The notes under the pieces: model-generated
What the model was told of the DNA's origin: nothing
Seen by the model: the letters and a program-made list of their open reading frames with translations, nothing else
The model's database searches: none
Made by a program: the position numbers and the translations under genes
Part shown: positions 26,819 through 39,806 of the stretch, piece by piece
Position numbering within the stretch: the first letter of the stretch is position 1
Layout: every line of letters starts with the position of its first letter
Assembly (NCBI GenBank): GCA_012295275.1
Contig: CM022679.1
Coordinates: 5,828,001 to 5,892,000 of the forward strand
DNA length: 64,000 nt
Direction of reading: 5' to 3'
DNA from: Chrysomallon squamiferum
Taxonomy: Eukaryota > Animalia > Mollusca

Positions 26819-27950
26819 TATACACACACACACAGATAGATATATATATTATTTTTATTTTTATATATAAAATTCAAATGAAAACATATTGTGAAAAGTA
26901 AAACAATTGGAAGCAATTATCTTAAAGTACAGAAATGTAATTAATTTTATTTACATAGTATATATAATAATATGCAAAACAATTTATAAAACTAATGGTG
27001 GCGAGAGATAATTTAAAGAAATAGTGAAAAAAAAAATAATAAGTAATAAACAATAATGATAATAATAATAATATTTTATAATCATAATTAAAATAATAAA
27101 ATATGTTAATTATAAATGTATTGATTTTACATAACTAACATCATATTGAAAACCAGTAAGTATATAGGTAACACTATGCAAAACAATTTATAAAACTAAT
27201 GATGTCTTGAACTAATTTTAAGAACTATTGACAAAAGCAAATAAATAAACAAAAACAATTTTATTTTTGATAAAATAAATTAATTAATTAATAATGATAA
27301 TAAACATAATAACAATAATAATAATCATAATAATAATAATAACAACAATAATAATAATCATAATAATAGTAATAATAACAATAAAATATAAGCTATAAAG
27401 GTGTTTATGAAATTAGTTTACATAACAAACATGTTATTGGAAACCAATAAGTATAGGAAATAGTTTATGTATAAAACTAATATGGTCTTGAGCTAGTTTT
27501 AAGAAATACTGAAAAAATAACAATAATAGTAAATAAATAAATAAATAAATAAATGATGATGATCATAATAATAATAATGATAATAATAATGTATTGATAT
27601 ACTTTTAGATTTGTTTACAAAACTAACACTGTAATTGAAATGAAACCAGCAAGTATCTAGGTAATAGTATATGTTATATATAAAACTAATACTCCCATTA
27701 ACTATTGTTAACTAATAATAATAATAATAATAATAGTAACAAAATCTTAAATTTTATATGTTGGAACTCAATGGTAAACTAAAGCCCTCATGAAAATCTA
27801 ACTATTCTGTATAAAATAATGATATACAATCTGATTTTACTTTAACTAATGCTCTGATGAAATAAAAGTAAAAAAAAAAAAAAAAAAATGAATTCAAAAG
27901 AATATAGATAGATGAAAATCAGAATAAGAATTATATAGACCTAAACTAAT
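26700..27950. repeat. Degenerate tandem repeat (about 200-290 bp period) separated by (AAT)n tracts
   Basis: Recurring TTTACA(A/T)AACTAA..GAAACCA..AAGTAT..TATAAAACTAAT..TTTAAGAA units at about 26703, 26975, 27120, 27410 and 27606. Confidence 0.6.
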
Positions 27951-27963
27951 GGTGTTTAAAAAA

Positions 27964-27997
<34 letters not shown>

Positions 27998-30900
27998 TAT
28001 AGAAAACATTAATTTTCAAATGTAAAACTCTAATATGCAGTGGAATTGAAAACCATTTTTTCCTTCTTTTTTTTTTTTTTTTTTTTATAAATTTAATTTT
28101 AAATATAAAAAAGAAAGAAATATATATTTATATAGATTGATTGTATTCTGTTGTGAAGAAACTTGGAAAATGGAAAACAAAGAATATAGAAATAAAAACA
28201 TTTTTAAATTTTTACATTTTTTCTTGTTGTTTTTTAAATTCCTTGTTTAATGAAGATAGTAATTTATATAAAACAATTTTGGTGAAATGTAATGATGTGA
28301 TTTAAAAGTGAAATTTTTAATTGATATGTTCACTGTTTTGGAATTAATCAGTTTTAACATGAGATAAATGAAACGATCAGTTGATTGTTTCTTACTTTGA
28401 AGAATGAAGATGCAATAATACAGCAGCCTATATATGGAACATTTATCATTTGAAAATTCAGTATATTAGTAATGTGATTGTTAAATAAATATATGAATAT
28501 ATATTCATCAGTTTAATATTAATGTTAAAACACTGAAATTAAATAATTAGGTTTTGTTGGGTTTTTAATGTGTATATATATATATATATACATATTTCAG
28601 TTCATATTGTTTTAACATTCTGAAGCATCAGAATAAATCTCTAATGAAATTAGAATAAGTCACAGAAGATGCCAGAATGAACTGCTGTTGAAATCAAAAT
28701 GAATTCATATTAATAATGGAATTCATAAAACAGTTACAATTTTATTTTTATTTTTTACACATGGAGACATCTTTATCCTCATTTTCATTTAAATCTTCAT
28801 CAAGTATGCCAAGATGGAGGGACAGACAGAGGAGTAGAAAGGGAAGAATGAAGCTGACTGTCAGAGGATAATCATTAGTATCGATTATTTAAAACACAGC
28901 AATGTCAGTAAACTGCAGTGAAATATTAAATACATTACAAAATTGATCAATAAATAAAAAATAAAATGAACTTAAACTGTAACAAAATTTACAAGTCACA
29001 AGTGCTAAAAGTATATGTATTAATAGGATCACATAAAAAAATGGTCTTTTGTGTTAAATCTTAATTTTTAGATTTATTTTCTTAACATTCTAGCAGTTTG
29101 TCTGCTGAATACCCATCCATTAGAGACGTATAAAGTCTATTATAGATCAAAATAATTATTAACATAAAGATTTATTTGGTATCTGTTTGATTTGTGGTCT
29201 TTAATTCAGTTAACTCTATAGTATACTTATAACTGTAGAATATTCTAGCAGATCTATCTCTTAAATGAAATGTTTTATAAATGTCTATTTTATTCAGAAA
29301 TTTTTTAGGTTAAATTTTTATGATATAGTTATGTCTATCCACAATTCTAGCAGATTGTTTTTCTTGAAAGTTAAAAACATGGTGCTCAGATATCTCTTTT
29401 AAAGGCTATTACAAAACAAACTGGTTATTAACATAAAAATGTTTTGTTTGGAGATTACTTCAGTTAGTTATTTATCATGTAGATTTGTTCACTGAAGATT
29501 CCACCATGGCCATCTTTTCATTATCACAAATTATAGTGAATACACATTTTTCTTCTGTTCTTTTTTTTTTTTTTTTAAAAAAGGTTATTAATAATTCTAA
29601 AACATCAAAAACACAACATACAGAATATGTAAACATTGATAAAAATAATTTAAAATTTCATTTTGTTTTCCCCGTATGCAGACAATTGTTTTTCTAATCA
29701 ATCTGGTTAAACCACCAGGAATCCATTATAATGTAATTTGTGAGTTTTTATGATTTGTAAATGAATATCTTACTTGTTAATTACACAGAACAGTATTACT
29801 GTCATTACAATCTAATTGTGTCTTTGTTCGAGGATTTGTTAATTAATTACAATGTATATGTTTTTTAAATTCAAAAATATAATATACAGGTAGAGATAAT
29901 GAAACCTCAATCAAATTTAAAACAAAAATAATATTGACAAAAATAAATATAACAGAAGCCATTTTATGGAGCGATCTTGAAAAAAAAAAAAAAATGAAAA
30001 CAAAAAATTGGATTATCATAGACATTATTTAAATTAATATAGATTTAAATATTTAGGCAATGTTTTATTATTATTATTATTATTTTTTAAAACTAAAAAA
30101 TTTCTTTTTAAATCTTTAGTTGTTAAGGTATGCTCTGTGTTTTGATGTTTTATTCTTTTTTCTTTTTTTAATTATCTTTTTAACCTTCTTGTTTGTATCA
30201 TTATTGTTATTTTACTTATATTAAATGTATTATTTTTTTCTTTTTCTTTTTTCTTCTTCTTCTTATTTTTTACCATTTTCTTTTTTATTATTATTATTCT
30301 TAAAAGTAATTTCTTTTCTTTATTATTTTCTATACATATTAATTCATTCTTTGTCAAAACTAATCATAATTCTTATAAATAAACTAATTTTAATTCTTGT
30401 ATGAAAATTCTTTTACAAAATAACATTGTTATAAATTAAAAATACATAAATGCATTTCTTTATACTTGCTCATAAATTTAATATAAAAAAATGTTCTCCT
30501 TACTCAAAACATTATTAAAGCATTAAAATATTTTCTCTGACTAGGCCTTTTTCTCTCTTTTCTCTCTATATCTGCTTCTCTCTCTCTGTCTCTCTTTTTA
30601 TGTCTGGTTCTCTCTGTTTTTGCATATAATGCATTTCAGACATATGAAATAAAATACTATATTATGCAATCATCAATAAATAAAATTATTGGTATTTTAT
30701 TTTTGAAATATACAGATAGAAAATATTTATAGACTTTTCTAATTTTATCTGATATATGTACTATTATCTTATTGACAAATGAAAAAATGTCATTAAAATA
30801 TATTAATAAGATATATTAATTTGCTGTTAATTATTAATTGTATTTGTTTAAAATGTAATAATGTATGGTTTATTGAAAGTTGTTATTTTAATAACAATAA

Positions 30901-33680
30901 CAAAAAATAAAACAGTGTTATATATGTACACAATATGACACAATATGTACTATTATACAGAATACAATCCTATACATTATTGTTATCATCATCTAATATA
31001 TTAGACTATTTTATAAAAAAAAATTTTACACACACACACACACATACACACACACATATGCAGACACACAGAATATACTAATGGTATCTCCATTTCCTAC
31101 ATATTTGTGCAAATATATGTATTCCTAAAACAATTTACTGAAACATATTCTTTAAATATTTACATGTGTATAACTGACATTTCCTTTATATAAACACCAT
31201 CACACACAATACACACATATACACAGATTCATACACACATATATACATAATTAGTATGTATATGCACATACAAATACATACATAAGGACACATGCTGACA
31301 CATACATATATACTCTTATACAGTGACACAAACAGAAACACATACATACATACACACACATACACACTATATATACAAACATACACATATTCACATTCAT
31401 AGGCACACACACGCATACATATTTACACACATATATACCAAAAACAGTATGCCATTAATTTTGCATATGTATAAAAGTTATAAGTAAAAAAACTTCAGTT
31501 TAATACTGATGAATCATCAAAAAATGTATGTAGTTATACTTTATTATTATCAAAGATTGAGGTGTAGAACAAATAAAACAAACAATAAGTTACACTTTAT
31601 GGCCGTCTTTGGAGGGGGGGTCACATTAGACAATAAAAGTGACTAACATAATAGTTTCACATTTATCATACAACAAGATTGGTAGTTTCTGTTAAATTGT
31701 GGCATTTACAGGTACTTAGACCTAATCATAACTTGTTAATTACAGTGAAGAACCTTCTAGTACCATAAAAAGTAAGTAAAGAAATCTTCAAAAACCCCTA
31801 AAATAGTCCACTTAATAAAGTTTTGGGATATTCTTGTACATTTGAAAAGTCACTCAGAAATGTATTTTACAGGTGTGTTGTAAATTTATTTAGCTGTATT
31901 TGACAGAAAGTTTTTTGAATTAGATTTTCAAATACTGAAGATGGCATTAAGTATGTTTTATTACTATATGAATGAGTTTTCAATTTTTGGATGTTTATCA
32001 AGATTACAATTGAATTCCTTCTGTTTATATGCATACATTTATAAACACACACACATGCAAACACCAATACAGAGACATAATTATACATATATATTAAATA
32101 CACATTCTAATGCACACACACACACATATACACACACAAACACACACACACACTTGTTTTGAGCAAACCAGATCTTCAATCATAAATAAATAATAAAAAT
32201 AATGGACTCTTACAGTAATGTTATAAAAGAGGAAATTATTATTTGTTTTTTTCTTCTGAAGTGCATTCTGCAGGTGACATTGATTTATGTTATCTGGACT
32301 TAGCAAGTTTAATTGTACAGGTAACTTTTTTGATGAATAGATTTTTCTGACAACTGCAGGTTATGTCAAATTCAGTATCCTCATATTATGCTCTTAACTG
32401 GGTTTTAGGTTTTTCATGAGTAAATAACTAAACTTATAAACACAGAGAAAATAGAAAAAAATGTATTAGATATATACAATGTGTGTGAATGTATGTGAAT
32501 GTTCTTGTTATTATTATTAAACAAGCTGCTGGATTATGTGTCCATAACAGGCGTGCTTCAGCATTAAATAGATGGAAACATGTTTGACAGGAAAAAATAA
32601 ACAAAGTCAGAGTTTTTGTTTGCATTTATGTTAGGCTTACTTAGAGATTTCTCTGAGAAACATCCCAAACCATTAACATAGCAACAAAAGATTAATATAA
32701 AAATCTCTAGTGAAATAGTTTAACCCAACAAGATATATTTACTTTTATTAAATAATAGAAACTAGTATTTTTTAAAACAAGACTAAAATGTGAAATGATT
32801 ACAGTTTTATTAAATACTGTGACTTCATATTAAAATTTATAATACATGGCCATAACAAGACTGTTTCTGAAATGAGGCAAAAATAATTAATTGCAAAAAC
32901 ACAATTTCTTGTTTTCATTTTGTACTCTACCAGGCAAGATGGAGTATTTCGAAATGCATCTTTGTATTAAAAAAAAAAAATAATAATAAAATCATCAATT
33001 TCAATATGAGGCATTTGCCTCATTTGCCTCAATGTAGTTTTATATGTAGAAAATCAAATTATATCATTATTCTATTCTTAAAAGTGTATTTTTTTGCATA
33101 TTTGCCAATAAAATTGTGCGAATTTATGAGCCTAGAAAAAAATATAATGTAAAATAAATAAATAAAAATAAAAACTCTTAAAAATTAAAAGATAATTGCT
33201 AAAACAGCTTTTATATTAGAACTGCTTATTCTGCCTACATAATGGATGTGTGAAACAGTGTCATCTCTTTAACTTGTCGTCTTCTGTTTTCTCCTTATTC
33301 CCTATTTATTCTGACACTGCAGAAAATGGCATCACACTGAACTTTATGCAGCTGGATAGACAATAAATGAGGTTGTAACACAATGCATTTATTTCTTTGT
33401 TTTTGTGTTCCCTCTATGAAAATAGTTTTTTTTTTTTTTTTTTTTTTTTGAAGTGCAAAATGTGTGATGCTTTTCTTAAAATGTTGTAACAAGTTTCCTC
33501 TCTAGTTTTTTTATTATGTGAGAGATTGTGTGGCTATTAACATTGATTAGTGTAGTAGGACAACATATACACCAGTCTCATATACACTGATTATGGAGTA
33601 TAGGTTGGACTAGGTTGGTCTGTTTCAGTAGTTATAATACAAACATAAGTCACAGCATCAGTTCTCCTCAACACTTCCTT

Positions 33681-33743
33681 ATTTCCAGTTCTAACCAGTG
33701 TTTGATAATTATATCAAAGGTTGTGGTAAATGTCTCCTTCCTG
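33681..33743 (+). mobile_element. Decayed SINE core fragment (Meta/MESC-domain-like)
   Basis: atttccagttctaaccagtg...tatatcaaaggttgtggt resembles the recalled core CCAGTG..ACGACTGGTATATCAAAGGCCGTGGT. Confidence 0.4.
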
Positions 33744-33829
33744 ACCGTCAATAATAGTAAGATTTGTTTCTAGTTATTAAAAGTAAACTCCAAATGTGTT
33801 TGTGGATATGTATGTATATGTGTGTGTGC

Positions 33830-33831
<2 letters not shown>

Positions 33832-33911
<80 letters not shown>
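33832..33911. repeat. (AG)n microsatellite
   Basis: Direct reading. Confidence 0.95.
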
Positions 33912-33915
<4 letters not shown>

Positions 33916-34589
33916 TATTCTAGTGACGTTTAATAATTATAATGATGTCATGAAAGTTTGTCTAAATTTTATTTTATTCTCTCCCGTTCATAAAAATAGA
34001 ATGTGTACTCAGTCTTACTAGTTATTTTATAATAACAATCACATCATATAAATGTAATAATTATATGAAGTAATAATGAAAAATAATTTACTTTCTCTTT
34101 TTGGTATGTGTGTGTGTGTATCTCCGTGTGTGGTATAAATGAGTATATATGTATATACAGGTATATGTATATGTATATATGTTAATGTCTATGTCTGCAT
34201 GAATGAGAAGATAATAAACCTAGTTATGGAGACTGGCTTGTAGATTCCTGTTGGCTGTTTAACACAAGGATAGGCAATTTTTTAAAAATAAATAAATAAA
34301 TAATAGTAATAACATACTGAACTTTATGGAGCAGTATGTGTTAGGCTTTATTTTACATCTACTTCTTGTAAGCTGGACACATCATCCATAACAGAATCTT
34401 TACACTCAGTAAAGTAATTCGTAAGGATAAATATGCTGTGTTCCAAGTACATACTTAACAAATGATACACTGAAGCCTGTAGTAATATCCAGCTATTGTG
34501 AAGTCTGGCTTATTTTTATTATCTTTTCCATGTACCACATCATTCAACATATTCAGTGTTCGAAGGAGCACAGCATTTTTCTATTACTA

Positions 34590-34950
34590 GACAACATGAC
34601 CTGGCCTGGGATAACCTTTTTGTGATGCTGACATTGCCTCCACACAACTCATTGCTGCAACCTCTTTAAACATGCTTACAACATGGTGATGGATGCCTGG
34701 ACATATCCACATACTGGAGAGATTGTGTTTACAGTTGCATATGCTGGCTATGATTCTGAGAAATATGTTGTAGAGATTCCTAAGCATTGGAATTTTCCCT
34801 AATCACAACCCTGGACTTCGATCAGGAGGCTGAGCCAGACCAACAGGAGTCAGATGAAACAAATTTAGGAACAGCAATGGAGACGTTTAGGTTTTCCTTC
34901 CCATTGATAATCCTCCTGTCTTACCATCAACTTCAGTTACTCACATAATA
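34590..34950 (+). pseudogene. Coding-like, frameshifted fragment of unknown family (possibly transposon-derived)
   Basis: GC-richer island. Reads ...MVMDAWTYPHTGEIVFTVAYAGYDSEKYVVEIPK, then in a shifted frame LEFSLITTLDFDQEAEPDQQESDETNLG. Confidence 0.2.
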
Positions 34951-35137
34951 AAACACAAGACAGGAAACCTGTTGTAACATTTGCTGGATTTCATTTAAGA
35001 AAAATATCGTATTATCATAGAGGGAAGACAAAAAGAAAGAAATGAATGCATTGTGTTACCTCATTTATTGTCTATCCTACTCCAAGTTGATTCAGGGTTC
35101 ATATGGACAGATTGTTTCTCTACTTCAATCCAAGAGA

Positions 35138-35808
35138 AAAGTAAGAAAACAAAACTTAATATGAAAAGAAAATGTCCAAAGGATAATAAAATGATCAAGA
35201 AATAACAAATTAAAAAAAAAAAAAAAAAAAAGAAGAAGAAGAAGAAAGAAGCACTTTTCAAAAATTTGTTTTTCTTTTATTTTCATTTTCTCACCCTTTT
35301 TTGTTTAGTTCCTACCTTTGGGGTATTTCATGCTTACTCCTTGTAAAAAAAATAATTTTTCACCAGTATGTGTAACTTAGACTAAACTAGCCACTAGTTA
35401 ATTATAATTCTGATGTTATCTTTTACAACAACACTGATAAAGTGACTCAGACACAGTTTGCATAAACAACGTGGAACAACGTGCCCTTTCTTTACCATTC
35501 ATGGTTAATTAGGTCAACACACCTTTAATGACAGATTGTGTGAAAACAACAGGATATAATAATAGCTACCTATACTATTTATCATACATCAGATATGATT
35601 TCAGGATAATCTACACAGTGAGTACAAAGGAAATTCACAAACTAGTCTTAACCTGAAGTCGACTTCAGACAAAACAATTCATACTTTTTATCAAAGCATG
35701 TTTGTTCTTTAGAAAAATCACGTCCCCTACATCAATAACAAATGTATGCTAAAATAACCAAAACATGGCAGCATTTTCATCATATTTACTCAGATAGCCT
35801 GGAGTACC

Positions 35809-35848
<40 letters not shown>

Positions 35849-36636
35849 GGCGTGTTTTGGAAATGTTACTTGTTTGATTATCTCAGTTAAGTCCTATCTT
35901 CTTGACGGCAGTTCTTGTAGCGTGAAACCAGCGTGAAAACAACATACATCACATCTTGTTCACTAATCCAATATGACCGCGATATGCAGCTTGATTATGG
36001 AAACATTCTTGTAAAAACATTTTATAATTTTATTTTAAATAAGTGTCTCTTAAACTGGTGAATGAATGGTTCACCAGTACAGTACATCTTACTAAGAGAC
36101 TCTTCTCCATCTAAGACAGAGTGAAAGACTTAATTTCCTCGGTATTTATATATTTATTTATATTTCTGCATAGAAAATTCATGCAAAACAAAGTAAACTT
36201 CTGTAAAACAGAAGTAAATTTTGTGTCGAATAAAATATTGCATTATATAGCAATTAATACCTAAAATACCACAAGGGAAATAATTCAAATTCATTATGAA
36301 AAAGGAACTATATTAGAGTCGTCTCCCTTAGACCATATAACGTGAATCTCGACATCGTCACAATTATAATATTGTCTTTTCAAAGTATTTTCTTTTCTTC
36401 TATTATATAAAATTTATTACATGTGGATATTGATTATATTATTATATTTCTCAGGAAGTTAAACATGGTTTGTTTATAATATAAAAACTGTTGTCAAAAA
36501 TATTAGATATTAATGAAGGATAAAACTAAGAAAATAAAACTTAATATAAAAATAAAATGATCAAAGGATAATAAAATGATTTAAAAAATCATAAATTTAA
36601 AAAATAAAGAAAAAAGCACTTTTCACATTTATTTTT
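35138..36636. repeat. Dispersed direct repeat pair (about 110 bp) at 35138-35255 and 36523-36636
   Basis: Shared TAAGAAAA(C/T)AAAACTTAATAT..CAAAGGATAATAAAATGAT..AAGCACTTTTCA. Confidence 0.6.
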
Positions 36637-38932
36637 CATGTGAAAAACTGAAATAAGTTTTAAGTATAGTTTAAAATATTTATTGAAAATCAAATCTTAT
36701 AAATAAAAAATGTTTTTGTAAAACACAATAATAAATAAATAATAACTTTTAATAAGGATAAAAATAATATTATTTTATGAAAAATGTTATGAAGTATAAA
36801 AATAAGTAAATAAATGATTGTTTCAAATATTAGTTTCTCAATTAAACTAAAACATTGAAATTAGATGAAATAAAATAAGTATACTCAATTTTTTTATTTT
36901 TTTTGATGAAAAAAATAGAAATGATTGAAACCAAATAAGTACACAGAACATTTTTTTTAAAGATTTATTTTGTAAAAATATTATTATAATAATAATTATT
37001 ATTATTATTATTATTTAAATGTAGACATTTCTACTGATCCTAAAATGAAATCTTTTACCTCCTCTTTTTGTTCTGATTCTGTTTTCTCTATGTAATTTAT
37101 TTTTTACATCAGAATTTTCTTTACATTTTTATCTTTGTGCATATTCACACATCTGTATATTCAGAAACAAATATCAGTTCATGTAATTTTATGTATGCCT
37201 ATGTTGTGTGCATGAATAAGTAATTTGTCAGATACAAACATACATACACATAAACACATACGTACATACTGACACACAGATAGACTTACATGCAAACGTA
37301 CATACATGCATACGAGGCAGTAATAACTCATCTTTTGTTTTATATCCTAAGAGTTAGTTTTTTCACCAGAACCCACCAAAATATAATTTTGCTGTATTTC
37401 TTGAAAGAAAAACATCCCCTTATGATTACATCAGGTGCTAAATTCACTGCATTTGCTAACATCACAGAACCATACACAATATTAAACATAAAAGTAAATA
37501 GCGAATTTCTTGTTTTTTTTCTTTCTTTCTTGTTTCTTGTTTTGTTTTGTCACTGTGTTTTCTTTAACTATTACTTATTATTTTTAAATAAATATTTGCA
37601 ATGAATATTGCACATTTTGTAGTTTATTACTTAGTCATAATTAAATAACTGAAAAACACTGTCAGAAGTAAACTGTTTGTATTAATCAGAATAAAAATTG
37701 AATACCTGTAAATTCTACATTACTTTACATTTCTTTGAACAATATCAATGAAGTTTTCTTATTATCATAATCATAAAACTATTTCAATATGTGAAGATAG
37801 ACAAATGAACAAATAAAAGATGAAATTATTTCAGCAAAAAACTAAAATGAATTTTCCTTTTTATTTCATTATTAGTAATAATTTATCCATAATCTTTATG
37901 TGATAAGAAGTTTCCTTTTTTGTGATAAACATTTCCACATCCACAGCATGCTATCAGCACCCAGCAAAAAAAGAAAATCAATAAACATGACTCATACATG
38001 AGCTAATTGGGTGGTTTTTTGGTTGTTTTTTAGCAGCTGTTGTTGCTATTGTTTTCATCTTTTCTTAATACTTTATAGTAACACCAGCGGAACAACAAAC
38101 TGAAGTCTGCTGAGATTTGACAGATGTAAATCACAGGACTACCAGAAAATTGTAATCAATTCTTCTAGTGCCATCAAAATCCATAAATAACCAAATTAAT
38201 TATCCCAACTATGAAGAATTTGTATGCTTTTGAGTGTATTTAAAAGTTCATAATTCATAGGATGGAACCTGAATGTTTACTCTAAATGAGAATATAATCA
38301 TTTAAATTTAAACCAATCCTTACAGCTGTTGCCATGTTATTTTGCAACAGAGCATAAAGAATTGGACCCAGATAATACACTGAATGATATAGGAATACAA
38401 GGCAACAAGCTCATGTAGGTTTAACTAGTTATCTCCCCTTCATCAGATACATTTTAAATTACTTTTCAATCTTGGTTATGCATACAGTAGTTAGGTCAAT
38501 GAGCAAGGAAATATACTGCTGCCATGCAATTTAATTTACAGAAATCTATCTTTTGTAATCATCTTTAGCAGGACAGTAGTAGTATTGGTTTTTGTTACCA
38601 TTAATGGATAATCCTTTTTCTATTTAGACAAATAAAAAGTGAATTTACTTTTTGAATTACAAGTCGTTTCAATTTTTTAGAACAGCTGCATTTTGTAACT
38701 TGTCACTAGAAACAAAAATAAAATTAAAAAAGAGTAAACATAATCACAGCCAGTATTTAATAAACATTATTTTTAGTTATATGCCTCTGCAACATTATGG
38801 CAAAAATTTTAACTCAATACTAGTAACAAGATTTGTCTACTTTTTTGTTCCAATTTCACACTAGTTCCAAGTGTCAATGTTAAATTTGTTCTCAATGAGA
38901 AACACACAGAATGAATAGTTCATCAGAAATCA

Positions 38933-38938
38933 TTTATT
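38933..38938 (-). terminator. Candidate polyadenylation signal of H2A.Z
   Basis: AATAAA on minus about 800 nt after the stop, followed by GU-rich tctgtgtgtttc. Alternative AATAAA at 39306-39311 and 39045-39050. Confidence 0.35.
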
Positions 38939-39744
38939 TTTTTAAATGTTTAAAACTAAATGACAAATTATAATTTACAATGTTTTTGTTACCAATCAAG
39001 CCAGTTATAGCAAAACACAAACAGAATACATCAAGTCCTTTCTTTTTATTAAATGTTTTGTTAAAATGACAATTTTTTATTAACCACAATATTCCAAAAT
39101 ATTAACAAAATATTCTGTACAGCCAAGAATTTTTTTTAGGTTACAAAATGTTTTAACGAAAAACAAAAGGTGTCACCAGATTGTCAGAAGTGGTTCTCTT
39201 TTTACTTTTAAAAAATTCCATTGTCATCAGAAACTGTCAATAAACTGAAAATCACTGCCTACCTACTTGACAATACACATGTTCAGTAAATTTATCATAG
39301 GCACTTTTATTTACAATCACCATTAGCCCATTCAAAAAATTTAAAAACCTGACATTTACACATTAATAATTTAAATTTTCACACAGTATACGAGGAAGAA
39401 ATGTCGAAAATCTAAGCAAAATGAACCTGAAAATTGCATATAGCTATAATAGATAGTAAAAACATTTCAAATCAAAAACTCAAAACAAAACAAAACTTGT
39501 TTTTACAATATTAAAAATGACTTCGTTGAAATTTCAAAAACAGAACAAGACAAATTTCTTAATTTATGTATTTTAATGACGGACAAATACATTTTCTTTA
39601 AAAAAAAAAAAAAAAATAAAATAAAATTTTCTACATGAACTGACAAATGCTGATGACTGATGATCTGTGATGACAGCAGTGATGATGGAAACAAATGATT
39701 TCTTTATGTCTACACTATCTACCAATGTTATGTTATATACATGT

Positions 39745-39806
39745 CTATGTTGTTTTCTGAGAGCCCTTCTTTCCAATCAGAGACTTGTGAATATGTGGGA
39801 TTACAC
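39745..39806 (-). CDS. His2Av: H2A.Z coding exon 5 ([20 protein letters not shown])
   Basis: atcacag|GT GTA ATC CCA...ACA TAG, 62 nt. Confidence 0.96.

Noticed and set aside
36272-36329. Small imperfect inverted pair AAGGGAAATAATTC / GAGTCGTCTCCCTT
   Set aside because: Probably a tiny MITE relic; too degenerate to support a call.
39748-39762. SQ in the H2A.Z tail (SQKTT) as a gamma-H2Av/H2A.X phosphosite
   Set aside because: Does not fit the terminal SQ(E/D/A)-hydrophobic motif; there is no Drosophila-like tail extension.
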